This document shows, in pieces, positions 12,831 through 27,431 of a DNA stretch of 64,000 nt. Source of the DNA: Octopus sinensis (taxonomy: Eukaryota); NCBI RefSeq assembly GCF_006345805.1, contig NW_021833026.1, positions 1 to 64,000 of the forward strand, given 5' to 3'. Numbering within the stretch: the stretch's first letter is position 1; every line of letters begins with the position of its first letter. Below the pieces are notes generated by a model. The model worked only from the letters and a program-made list of their open reading frames with translations. It was not told where the DNA came from and made no database searches. Both the position numbers and the translations under genes were made by a program.

Positions 12831-13463
12831 TTAATTGATTTTCAAAAACGATGTCTTTTTCATTATTTTGTATGTTGATTTCCTACCACGTGATTACTGA
12901 CCCGATACGTATTAGGGTAAGACCTTTAAGTAAGAACTAATAGAGCCACCTATGGTACCGTCGACTTATCATGTATTATTAATCCTCAGTTTGAGATGGT
13001 ACCAAGAAAGTAAACGAGATCGGACAAGTTAATATAGTTGACAATGAAGGGGGAGATTTTCCTGATAAAATCTGGTCGATTGGTTTTACAATATAGATTT
13101 TCTGATTTTCATACTGGGTTTCACAAACGGGAGCCTAATTTCTTTTATATTAATCTACTTACATAAGTCTAGAAAACAAGACAATCAAGAATTGGCAAGG
13201 TTTTACAAATACGTATTATTACTTGGAACATTGCTTGCTAATTAATTTAACATTACTATTGTGGTGACAGGCATTTTTAACAAAATTTAAAAAGGCAATA
13301 AATTTTAGTCAAATTTGAAATTATCTGCCACCGCGTGGTTTCCTGACAGGATACCCTAACAAAAACTATACAGGCAAACGAATATTTCGACAATTATACA
13401 AAACACAGAAATTTAAAAATAAAGACAATCAATAGGACAACAATGTATCAAAATTCCTATATG

Positions 13464-15884
<2,421 letters not shown>

Positions 15885-15989
15885 TATAGACCAGCCCGCT
15901 TATTAATATTTTTAATAATTATTTGTCATTCATTAGTAGAATATAAAAAATTCTTGAATTGTATAAAATTCCAAGAGATAGAATTTCTT

Positions 15990-18392
15990 TATGAAGCTTT
16001 AACAAATTTAGCCCAAGGATTTGTAATAAAGAAGGAATTGAAACCAATGGTTCATCGCTTTTGGAGCATAAATGATCGGATTTGTGTATTTCAAATCAGC
16101 ATGAATAAGCTTTGCTTATCTAAAAGCTTACTATCCATTATAAACTTATACGCACCCCATAGTGGATTGATTGAAAAAGACCCCACTGAGATAAACTTGT
16201 TCTACTCTTGCCTGTCTGAAGCTTATTCTGAACTTGTTCACTCGTCACTAACTATCATTGTTGGCGACCTTAACGCCAAAGTGGAATTACGAAGAAACCT
16301 GGATGAAACCTTCATGGGAAAACACGGGAGAGGAATAAAGAACGTGGCAGGAACATTACTTTCCGATTTTTGTCAGGCAAACAGTCTATTCATTTGCAAC
16401 ACTGCATTCATGCACCCTGCAAGACACAAAACTACTTGGACGGGGTTTAGGAAGAATTTATCCGGGAAATTTATAAACATTTACAACCAGATAGATTATA
16501 TAATCTGTCGATCTAAAGACAAAGCTCTTTTCACTGACGCAAGGTCATATGGTGGGTCAAACATTGACAGTGACCACAAAATGGTCATTGCAAGAATATC
16601 ACTGAATAAACATCTAAACAAATATCAAAGGGAGGCAGGATATCCTTAGGAAGAGAAAACTCGACCTAAATGGACTCTCAATACAACAAAGGGACATGAC
16701 TATAGGAAATGCCTTGATACGTATTTGGGAAGTGTGGAAACAAATCAACCATTCCCCAAACTCTGGGGACAAATCCAAGAATCAATACGAGGAGCAGCGG
16801 AGAAACAGCTCATGGACACAGAAATTGTTACCACATCACAAAATGGAACAACTGAGATATCGCTCCTTGTGAAGAAACAAAAATCTATTTGGTTACAATA
16901 TTTAAATACGGAGGACAAGCAAATCAAAAGAAAACTTGGTCGGGAAAATCAAATATTAAGAAGATCAAGAAGTGCGTGTCCTATATGTCAAGGAAGGAGG
17001 CTGAGATACAGATCAAGACCATGGAAGCCTTGAAAGACAATGGAAAGTATTATGAAGCGATCAGATTATTACGAGGACGTAAACACAGACAACCACTAAT
17101 CATAAATGACAAAATGGAAGACGAATTGCAGATTCCGCAGAATTAGCAGAACTAATCGTTGGCCACTTCGAGAAACTGTTTAGATCCAACAGCAAAGGAA
17201 TTGATGAATATACCGGGCATCCCAGGAAATTGGAGTTGGAAATAACTCCTGCAGAAGTGCAAAGAGCATGTGCTAAGCTCAAAAACAATAAAAGCCCAGG
17301 ACCAGACGGACTAGGACCAGAGCTACTCAAGTATGGAAGTGAAAAGCTAAATGTCCTCATTGCGGACCTCTTCAACGGAATGTTTAAAACAAACAACCAT
17401 TTACCCCTTGGACGAAGGATACTGGTCCCTGTCCAAAAACCGAACAAAGCTGAGGGAAAAGTGGAGAATCTGAGGCTAGTAATTCTTATGAATAGCATAC
17501 GGAAAGTTTTTCAATCATTACGCTAGAAAGAATAAAACCTCGCACCGAACTATTTATATCTGCATTTCATAGCGGATTTCGGGAAGGAAGATCGACTTCT
17601 GACATCGTGTTGACCCATAGATGGCATTGTTCCACCATTCAAAGGTTCAAAAATGCGACATACATTCTTGGCATTGATATGTCAAGAGCTTTTGATTTGA
17701 TTAATCGTCATAAATTAGTGGAATTCCTTGCAGGATTCCTTGATGAATCTTCTATCCGGATGATCAGGGCACTATTATCAGAAACCTATCTATCGGTCAG
17801 AGTACGATATAAGTGTTCTAAACCATTTGAATCAACATCTGGAACACCTCAAGGGGATCTACTATCTCCGATACTGTTTGTCATATATCTGGAAGCTGCA
17901 TTGAGAGAACTAAAACCATACTATAAAGGAAATATCAATGTGGTGGCATACGCGGATGACGTGGATTTTATTTCTTCCGACAGGGACGCTCTGGAAAGCC
18001 TACTGGAGGTGATGCCAAATAGACTTGCTGAGTGGTTCCTCAATGTAAATGTTGAGAAAACAGAATTTACTGAACTACCAAAACAGAAGTTTAAGCTGGA
18101 CGAACATTGGAGAAAAGTAAAGAAACTCAGATCTCTATTGGGAGACGAACAAGACGTGACTATGCGAAAAACACATGCAAACAGTGCACTACGCAGCTTA
18201 AAGGAAAATTGGCTAAAACGCAAAGGACTCAGCACAAAAACACGGATACGACTACACAATTCACTAGTGAAGCCAATACTCTTATATAACGCCGGAACTT
18301 GGGGACTTTCCGCTACAGACAATGACAATTTAGACTTTTTTCACAGAGATCACCTCCGACGTACTCTAGCCTCCAAGTGGATTCAAGGCTGA
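15990..18392 (+). mobile_element. RTE-clade LINE (APE endonuclease + RT), truncated at both ends, frameshifted
   Basis: INLYAP, IVGDLNAKV, NQIDYII, SDHKMV (APE); KSPGPDG, IDMSRAFD, GTPQGDLLSPILF, AYADD, ILLYNAGTW (RT). Confidence 0.93.
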
Positions 18393-18418
18393 GTGGCAGA
18401 ACAGTTTATACCAGAACA

Positions 18419-19537
18419 TCATGCTGTGCTTGAAGAACTTGGTAGTTTTTCGAAGCTCCTGGGTTCGAATCTCACTGTTATCGTTTCGGTCGTAGGTTTC
18501 ATGCATATTACATGCACCCCGGATTGACGAGTGACGCCGTCAACAGTGATACACCACTGCGGAACCGGATGTCTATCTCAGCCACAACACAAAAGAAATA
18601 TAGATGGAGCAGAGACACACTTCTTCGTTTGAATTCTCTTCGTTTGGATTAGCTAGTTTCTTAATAACATGTTCTCTCTGTGTCTTGATGTTATGTGGCC
18701 CCACAAGCTTTGTCATGATCCATGGCATCGCGAAAGTGCGTCTAATAATAATTACAACATATGAAAGACTGTTCACCCAAAACGTATTCCCCGCTCTACT
18801 GTCTACAACAAGTGGTCACTTCAACTCAATGTAGGCCACGACTTGTTTTCCCTGGACTAATTTTTCCACGTGACTGTTCACTTGGGTATTCCACTCAGAA
18901 TTCATATTGCACGGCACAATCCCACTCAAATACACATCCACGGACTGACTCCACTCACTCATCTGGCCTGATCTGCTGTTTCTGGTTAGAAAAGTATTTA
19001 AGAATGTCAATGTTGAGTTGCTTGGCTGTTTCTCAGAGGTTTTTGTGCACGATCCGGAATCGGATTGGAAAATGATCTGACAACGGAAATGGAATGCGTA
19101 CACCACAAAGAGCACCCGATGACGGAAGACCATCAGACTCAGGGTCATCAAAATAGTCAAAAAGTGCAAGTCCCCATGACTGTTCGGAAATTGAAATCCC
19201 AAACTAGGAAATACTTAAGTCAATTCAACTGGCAAAATCCAAACTGTACAAATGTCCTACAAACAGTTCTTCCTTTTGAAAGCAAAACTACTCAGGGCGT
19301 CAGGAATCGGCAACTGGGCACGACTCATCAAATCCACAAAAAAATTGCAAAGCGCATACAAACCAAAGAGCGAGTTGTGTATTACAACATGAGAAGAGAC
19401 AGTCTACACCATAATTGCCCAAACTACCTTCGACAATCCCAGCCGAGCTCGTCCTGGACACACTGAGTATAACCGTAATGCACAATATCGGTAGCACTAA
19501 TTTGCCCGACTAACCCATATGCAGTGACATCGTCCAT
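18419..19537 (-). CDS. Short extended-Tudor (Tudor-SN fold) gene resembling the TDRD12 C-terminus; tentative exon model
   Basis: VDVYLSGIVPCNMNSEWNTQVNSHVEKLVQGKQVVAYIEL resembles the SN-fold arm. GNTFWVNSL, REHVIKKL and HPVPQW resemble the recalled TDRD12 C-terminal Tudor and CS-domain start. Tiny GT-AG introns are present. Confidence 0.45.
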
Positions 19538-19550
19538 TACTGATTATATA

Positions 19551-20073
19551 CAGTGCCTGACAAAAAAATGGATTTGTAATAAATCGACTTTTTTTAAAAT
19601 AAATTATAATTTAATTTTCTTACATCATTCTTGGTAAAATTAGAATTATTTTTGTAATTTTTAAAATTATTTCTGGCTTTTAGAATTTAATTTTAAAGCA
19701 GAATTTACAATTTGCCGGACAAAAAAATTGGATTTGGACCAAAAAATTGGATTTTCGTATAAATGAAGCGTAATTCAAAAATCCATTTATCTGATTTTTG
19801 ATGAAACAATACAATACAATTAATCTCGAGGAATGAACCCTCAATTTCTGCTGTGTCTCTTTCTGAGATAAAAACTCAATTTAATGTGGACGTATCTCCC
19901 AGAACAATTGGTCGTATACTAAATTCATTTGGATTACATGCCCGAGTTGCTAAACACAAACCTCTTTTAACATCAAAAAACATCGAAGCCAGATGGTTAA
20001 TTGCGAAAAAGTTTTTAGCCATATCTGACGAAGAATGGAAGAAAGTCATCTTCTCCGATGAGTCATGTTTTGA
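19551..20073 (+). mobile_element. Left part of a Tc1 element (IR-DR type), cut at the first catalytic Asp by a CRE element
   Basis: TA|CAGTGCCTGACAAAAAAATGGATTTG with internal repeats of GGACAAAAAAATTGGATTT; VSPRTIGRIL...ARVAKHKPLL...VIFSDES. Confidence 0.85.
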
Positions 20074-21352
20074 GGCCTCTCTCGTTGGGTGTGTTCTTCT
20101 TGCTCTTTCTTTCCTCCTTCTTATTTAAATGATGGTCTCCACTCCGTCTCTCCTCCCCCTCTTGACAATCCTTCAGATCCATTTTTGTTGGATTTTGAAT
20201 CTGTCCTTAAATTGATTTATGATTACCGTGCTTCCTTCCGCATTCCTATTCGAATCCCAAAATCAGCCCGTATTTCGGTGGCCCAAAACCTTTCTTCTTT
20301 AATTGATTCTGTCATTTCCGATCCATCCATTCATAATTGGAATCGTTTATTCCTTTTCCCAACTTTTGCGTTGGGCTCCCCTGCTCGTCGCCCGGGTGCC
20401 GATGGCTCCTTTGTTTCTCTCTTGAAAAAGAATATGAGTCAGTTTATGAATGGCTCTTTCGCTCCATCTCCCTCTCATTTACATTCTACCGCTAAGCCCT
20501 CGTCGAAGGACAGTTCTAAACGTTTACGGTCTCGGATTAACTCCTGTTTAATGTCGCATGATGTCAGCGCGGCTGTTCGTCTCTTGTCATCTTCTGATTC
20601 TGTCCGTACAATCACCCCCGATGTTGTTCGCATTCTCAAGGAAAAGCACCCTATTGGAAAACCAGTAACCTTTGATGTGGCCCAATCGTCCTGTTTTTCC
20701 TTTTCTGTTTCTTCAAACAACTTCTGGACGCCTTAAACTCCTTTAGGGGTAACAGTAGTGGAGGTATCGACGGTCTCCGCCCTATTCATTTGAGAGACTT
20801 AATTTCCGCAACTGGTGATACCGGGAATCGCCTCTTGAATGCTTGCACTAACTTGTGCAATTTATTCCTAAGCGGCAAAATTTCTGACCATGCTAGAATT
20901 CTGTTTTTTCCGCCAATCTTACAGCCTTGGGCAAGAAAGATGGCGGTATCAGGCCTATTGCTGTTGGAAATGTCTTTCGTCGTTTATTTGCGAAAGTCTG
21001 TTGCAAGTCCGTTATTCCTTCTATTGGCGTGCAACTGCAGCCCATTCAGCTGGGTGTGGGTGTTCCTGGTGGCTGCGAGTCTTCTGTCCATGCCTGTCGT
21101 TGCCGAGAAGGGCGAATTCGCAAAACTAACGAAATATGAGAATTTACTCGATCGATTTGCTTTTAGGCAATTGCCGTCGAAACTTCCTGTGTTTTTGGGG
21201 CCAAGACGCTTGCTTATCTCAAGAAACTTGGCCACCTGTGCACCTACCACTCCAGAAATCCGAGGGAATTTATATTCCTTATTCAAAGGATCTCGCTGGC
21301 TGTTTTACGCGGGAATTGTCTTTCAATCCTGCGAGCCAGTACATAATAGCTA
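20074..21352 (+). mobile_element. Internally deleted CRE-clade retrotransposon (N-terminal region + RT start fused to the RLE 3' end)
   Basis: IPKSARISVAQ...WNRLFLF; GGIDGLRP; KKDGGIRPIAVGNVFRRL; QLGVGVPGGCE. At ~21105 it jumps to AEKGEFAKLTKY...QRISLAVLRGN. The YADD core is absent. Confidence 0.88.
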
Positions 21353-21550
21353 GATTTTTTTTGACGATTTCTCTTTTAAAAATTGTGGCAAATTTCAGAA
21401 TTGGCAAATATCAATGAAAAGTAGAAAGAATCGATAAAAAATGGCGAATTTCAGAATTGGCAGATTCTAGAGAGTTTACTATTCAAACACACGCGAAAAA
21501 ATAATTGACTACGATATATGCAATAAAAAGTGTCTCTGTGCAATGAAAAA

Positions 21551-23354
21551 CTACTCAATTGCAAGACGACTACGCTTGGATGCCTTGTAGTCCCCCTCCT
21601 GATTGGCCAACAACTTCTCGATCTCCTTTGTTTTACGCATCCGTTCCTTGTCCCTTTAAATTAGCCAATCTCACGATACGCGGAAATAACATCCTGCAAC
21701 TGCAGTCGAGCTTGACAGGCACTATTTAATCGCATCTCCCGTAACATTGAACGTTGTATCCGCTTGTCGACTGTCGGATCAGTCTCCCCCTTCACTTTCG
21801 GGTCAAAACTAAAATCTCTCAAGTCTACAAAAAAACGTTTTTTTGACTGCAGGAAGCAACTGCCGAATTGGTTCAACTTTCTTTGGTGGGAAGAGTAATG
21901 GAACTTTTAATTTGTTGACAGAAATGTGGTCATATGTAAGCAATAGCTTCCTCAGGGACTTCTGGAGTTGGAATAAATAAAAATACCGTGATAATAGAAG
22001 GCAAATCGGGGATATTCAAGGCTCCTACTGCACTCGATTTTAGTCGATCAAATATTTCAGGAAACACACTCAAATGTGAGTACATTTCTACTATAAACAA
22101 TCCTTGGGATACCACCGTGTACAATATTTGCAACCTAGAATATTTGAACTTACCAAAACCTCAAATCATCGTTCAGAGTGGAGGTCCTGGCTTTTTGTAA
22201 GGTTCCACGTGGTACTTCCACAAACTCGAACGGTAGACTATCGAAATCTCCAAGAAAGATCCCCTGTTCTCCACGGACAGTAAACATTTCCAAAATTCTG
22301 GTCGATGCCCCAATAAGCTGAGGAACAAAAGTTTGATCGTCCTTTACTAGTTGACATATTAAGGCAGAGGACACAAGTGAGTTGACTACCTGTTCTACTG
22401 TAAGTAAACATTCCTACAAATATTACATTAAATAAATATTTACTAGAAATAAAACATATTTTGATATTTTTTTGCTCGGTTTTTTTGGTTCTTGGTGGTG
22501 TAAATTGGAGATTTGTTCGTATTCGAGGTAAAAATCACTAAAAATTCCAAAACGGAAAAAACCCGTCATCATCAAGAGCGTCAGCAGATTGCATAATAAG
22601 TCGCTTAATACTCTCTACATTTCCAACCTGTCTAGAGACTTCCTTAGGAGGAGGGTCCACCTTTATTTTGGATGAACTGACCACCTACAAATGACGACGG
22701 AACTGACAGTTTTTTGAGGCATAGATTTTAATTTTTTGAGCAAAGTGTCGTAGTCGACTGTTTTCTGACCCAAATTCGTTTTTTGTTGATAATTTGGGTG
22801 ATGATTGGACTCGGTTTGGGTTGTGGAGCCGACTTGTCTCCATTCCAGGTTTAATTCGTCGAGGAAATCCGCTCTTTTATCGTTCATTTGTCTCTTTTGG
22901 ACCTGAAATCTAGTAAATGAGATATACTAAACATTATTCAGCTTCGATTTGCGAATTATTTGCTCAAGTCGAGCACATTTTGACTTTGTTTGCAAAATTT
23001 TGTCGTTTTGAGGACTTGTTTGATTAAAATCGTGGAAGGATTCGATTTGGGACAGAGATTTACACATTTCGGCACTTTCGTCGTCGTCAGGAAGGTTGAA
23101 AGCAGATTTGCTCTTAAAATTGTTTAAAAATGTGATACTTTTTTGCGGATTTTGTTTTTGTGACGAAAATCAGTAAAATTCCCTATTTTTGTTAGTCTTT
23201 TAGCTTTTTCTGCCAGTCTTGCTTCTCGTTTAGTGTGTGCGACTGAATTAAAAATGCGCTCTTTCCCTGAGTTTTTAAGTTGGGATTTGACAAAATGAGC
23301 ATCAAAGGGATTTTTATTAGGTTTTTGATGAGAATTGATGACTTTAGAACGCAT
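21551..23354 (-). CDS. NOP14: Nucleolar protein 14 (SSU processome), markedly shortened
   Basis: NKNPFD; KSAFNLPDDDE; LEQIIRKSK...LDELNLEWRQV; DYDTLLKKL; C-terminus LREMRLNSACQARLQLQDV...DKERMRKTKEIEKLLANQEGDYKASKR matches the NOP14 signature. Introns ~23-30 nt. Confidence 0.85.
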
Positions 23355-24369
23355 CACAAGATTAGTTATTTACCACGTTTTATTTAATTTTTAAATAATT
23401 TGTTCAATTATAATTATTATTAAGGAAATTTTAGAATAAATTTTTTGACTTTTTGTTTGATGAAGTTACCTCGGCAACGACGAAGTAAGATAAACCACGT
23501 GATAAGTACGAGCCTGAACTCGGTAAGTATTTTCAAGCTTTTTAACGAGTATGCTCTATTCTAATATAACTATCCAATTGGCTAACATAGAAATGATCGA
23601 ATTTTTAAAGATTGCCATGAATTCTCATTGAAACCCGGATCAGGTGCATTAGTTCACACCGATCAGAGTTCCTGTGGATGCACTTAGGAAGGAAACCAAC
23701 CAAACAGTACTGGTTGAGTGCAAGCTTTAGATTTTCGAAAGTAGTTTTGGTCAGGATTACGTCACAATTTAATTTTCTTGATCGATAACAAAAAGGAAAG
23801 GTTAGAGCAAGTCAGGGTAGGTGGCTGAAAGAGTAGTCACGAGCCTATTTTCTTGATTGTTTTGTGTTTTCAACTGAAAGAGTCTATCTTTTAGCCTGTC
23901 GAGTTCTTCGTCTCTGAAAGTTAGAGCACGCCCCAGTGCTTTCGTTACCTCTATAAATTCAGTAAGGGAAAGATTTTTTCACTCAAACATGAAATCATGA
24001 GTTGTCCACAACCTGAAATCATGAGAATGATTATATCAAGTAGAAGTGAATTATAAAGGCTCTGGCCAAGAATTTTGATTTCCATTATTCGTTGTCAATA
24101 AATTATTTCCCCACATAAATGATACTTCACTAACTTTTATTACGTTATCTTTAATATGGCACCAACATTCGACTATGCGTAGATTATTATTAGCACTTCA
24201 CGAGCAAATGTGCAGCAGAAGATATTAGATTACTGATTAGATTGCTCCAAGCTCTCTTGTTCTTATCTAGGTTCCTCAGAGAGTCCAGATCATCACTAGA
24301 TACCAATGTTTCTACAAGGTTTTCAGATCGTTTTGTAAAACGATCGGGAGAGTAGTTCTCGGCCTTTCA

Positions 24370-24690
24370 CAAAAGCGTCTTACATTAGAGTAGGGGTAGT
24401 AATTCTCCATTGCGATATTCGGGGGGATGTCGGGACTAACCTCATGAGGTGTCCAAAAAGTCTCCAACGAGAACTAATAATTGCGCGACTTATTGGTGTA
24501 CAGTCACACTTATTGTACAGTCCGCTTCGCGAGATCCTGAATGGCCAAAACATTCCAGCTATGTTTCTTAGATGATTCCTGTGAAACGAGCCGAGCTTCT
24601 TCAATTCCTCTTTGTTCGTGCCCAGTTTCCAGAGTTGTATAGGAGGATAGTTTGATAAATGTGTCGTATAGAATAATCCCTTGTATTATG
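24370..24690 (-). mobile_element. 3' fragment of an RTE-clade LINE
   Basis: ILLYNSGNW...KKLGSFHRNHLRNIAGMFWPFRIS...SRWRLFGHLMRL. Confidence 0.8.
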
Positions 24691-24699
24691 TTTTCCGAG

Positions 24700-26455
24700 A
24701 AATCATAAAAATCATGCAAGAAATCAACAAAAATGTTAGAAAAATCACGAAACAGAGCTACAAAACCTTCCAAATGAAGTGGGAAAGTACAAATACGAAG
24801 CGCAGATGTATGCATCTGTAAAGATACTAGCGGGAAAGAAGAAATCTGTAAACCTAACAGTTTATGATGAAATCGGAAGAACTATTTACAACAACTAGGA
24901 ATGCACAGACACTATAGCAGACCACTTTGAAAAATATTTTAATTTCGAAAACGAAGAAACGCTTTATCCTTTCGATGGAGCGTACAGAAAGGTATTACAA
25001 AAAATTACTTTAACAGAGGTTAAAAAATCTGTGACCAGACTAAACAACTCGAAAGCTCCAGGTCCAGATAATTTTAATGAAGAGTTCATAAAATATGCTT
25101 CTGAAAAGCTTCAAAAACTCATTACTTACATTTTGAACAAAACTTTTGAAAAACAATTCAGAATTGACATCGGAATCAGAAAGTTAATCTCCTTACATAA
25201 AGCGGGGAAGGAAAAAGGAAAGCTAGACAGCTTAAGACCAATCATAGTACTCAATTCACTGCGTAAAATTTTATCACTAATTGCTCTGGAAAGAATTAAA
25301 GGCCCACTACGTGGATTTATCGGACCTAGCCAAAGTGGGTTTGTCTCTGGAAGATCAACTTTTGATGCTGTTTGGAGCCACAAATGGATGTGTGCTTCGT
25401 GACAAAAATATAAAGAGGAGTACCACATAATGGGAATCGACCTATCTAAAGCATTTGACTCAATCAGTAGAGTTAAGATACAAATATTAACGCTACTACT
25501 CAAAAAAGATTGCATCAGAATAATTCGTTATCTACTCTCCTCCACTCAAATATTTATCCAGAGTATTCGAAACAAACAAAGGCACCCTCCAAGGAGACGC
25601 CCTATTCCCGGTCTTATTCACCGTATATCTGGAGGCGGCTCTGTGAGATACCAGGAATAATATCCCCAGACATATTACAGAAGTCATCTTCGCAGATGAC
25701 ATAGATCTCAAGGCAACAGACCACCAATTAGGAGGTAAATGGAAAAATTGGCTAACACATTTGAAAAATCATTCCTAAAAATTAACATCGAGAAAACAGA
25801 ATACACCAGAGTGAGACGATGTGAACAACGACACGAGGAAAAATGGAGGCATACAAAAAAACTTGGCACTCTCTTAGGAAATACAGAAGACATGATAGGA
25901 GGAAAATCACTAGCAACTTTCGTGCTTAAAAGATTAAACAACGTATGGTTGAGAGGTAAACAATTTTCTGCGTCTTTAAAAATCAAACTATACACTATGT
26001 TCGTAAAACCAGTCATATTGTACAACTCGTCCTCTTAGGCACTCACAGTGCAGGAAATGGAAAATCTGAATTCCTTTAATAGAATGCAGCTGAAAGAATC
26101 CTAAGAATCTTTTGGCCAAAACGCATATCAAAGAAACATCTCGACTCCAATTACGATGTACATCCGTTGGACGAATAAATAAGAAGTAATAGATGGGGCT
26201 TATTCGGTCACATCCTAAGAATGGACAGGAAAACTTCCACAATCTCGCAATGGAACACCACTACGCTCCTCATCCAGAAACGATCTTCCGACGTAGACCA
26301 CGAATTACTTTAGCAACCCTTCTGCATCAAGACCTAACTTTGATTGAAATCAGCAGACGATCTTGGGGACCTGAGGGAACTATCGAGGAACAGAGGGACT
26401 TGAAGCGATTAACAAAACGCATCCAGGAGAGGGTGGCACAAGCGAGATAACTTTA
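24700..26455 (+). mobile_element. 5'-truncated RTE-clade LINE (linker, RT, C-terminus), frameshifted
   Basis: NSKAPGPDNF; RPIIVLNSLRKIL; QSGFVSGRST; GIDLSKAFD; degenerate FADD; KPVILYNS; RWGLFGHIL. Confidence 0.9.
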
Positions 26456-27431
26456 CTAACGTTATTTTGCAGTGTGCTTATTAATTTGTTTTCCACTCTC
26501 CTGATTTGATACACAATTTCTTTTCTTTATGTATTTTCGTGTTTTATTATTGTCTTTTCTCTTCCTTTTCCTTTGTTTTTGCCGTTTTTCTTACCCTTTC
26601 AGTGACAAAAATTGCTACAAAATAATCTTAACAAATTTATTAGTTAACACTTTAAATGAATACAATTACTATGCCATTCAGAAACAAGACGAAAAATATT
26701 CAATAGGGCAAATCAAAGAATGTTTCAAGAGCACTCGTGTCAACCTGAATGGAAGTAATTCGGACAAACGAGAGCACGTCCTGGTGCACTACACATAAGT
26801 GGCCCTCCCATACGCCTGAAACTATGGCGAGGACTCCTTTTGAATCTGCAATACGAGGACTGAGGATATGTCGGGGTCCTCTCGATAACCGTCCCCTTTA
26901 TCGAAGCCAGACTGGCACTGCAAATGTTAATGCCTGTCTACCTGACTAATGGACGGCCAATGATAGTATAATTTTGAGATCCAACCAGAAGTACCTTAAT
27001 AATAATTAATTTTTTATATTAAAAATAATACTTTTTTGAATATGACTTGCTGCCCTAATGGTACAGTAAAGCATGCCGGCGTAGCGACAATGTCGTCGGT
27101 GGTTATTTTGAATTGGCGTCCGTAAAATAAAACCACTGCGAAATGCCGGGTGTATTTGTCTCGGAGATTACTCAGCATAGTCGGCCTTAATAAGTGAATT
27201 CATCGACGGCCAACCTAAGTACTGTCATTTTTAATGTCTTGATTGAAAATGGTGAGGAAACGAGTATCCTGTCACGTTGCACTCAAAAGTTTAAATATTG
27301 GATTTACATGATTTATAAAAATATTATGAATTTGTAAAATCTTATGAATTATTTGAATTATATCGAATATATAACCCGACTACGTAAAGTAATAAATTGG
27401 GAATAGTAAAGTTTATCGCTTTGTTATAAAA

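Noticed and set aside
18455-18478. tRNA or SINE B-box GGGTTCGAATCTCA
   Set aside because: No acceptor, D or anticodon arms; it lies antisense within the Tudor-gene last exon.
24356-24367. U2 snRNA 5'-like TTCTCGGCCTTT
   Set aside because: Only 12 nt match; no branch-pairing sequence or Sm site follows.
24370-24700. Twin-priming inversion of a single RTE
   Set aside because: The inverted part is a 3' region with a different sequence from the plus-strand copy's own 3' end.
26860-26906. Hammerhead ribozyme (CTGAGGA core)
   Set aside because: No stem II closing onto GAAA; the downstream sequence is GAAG.
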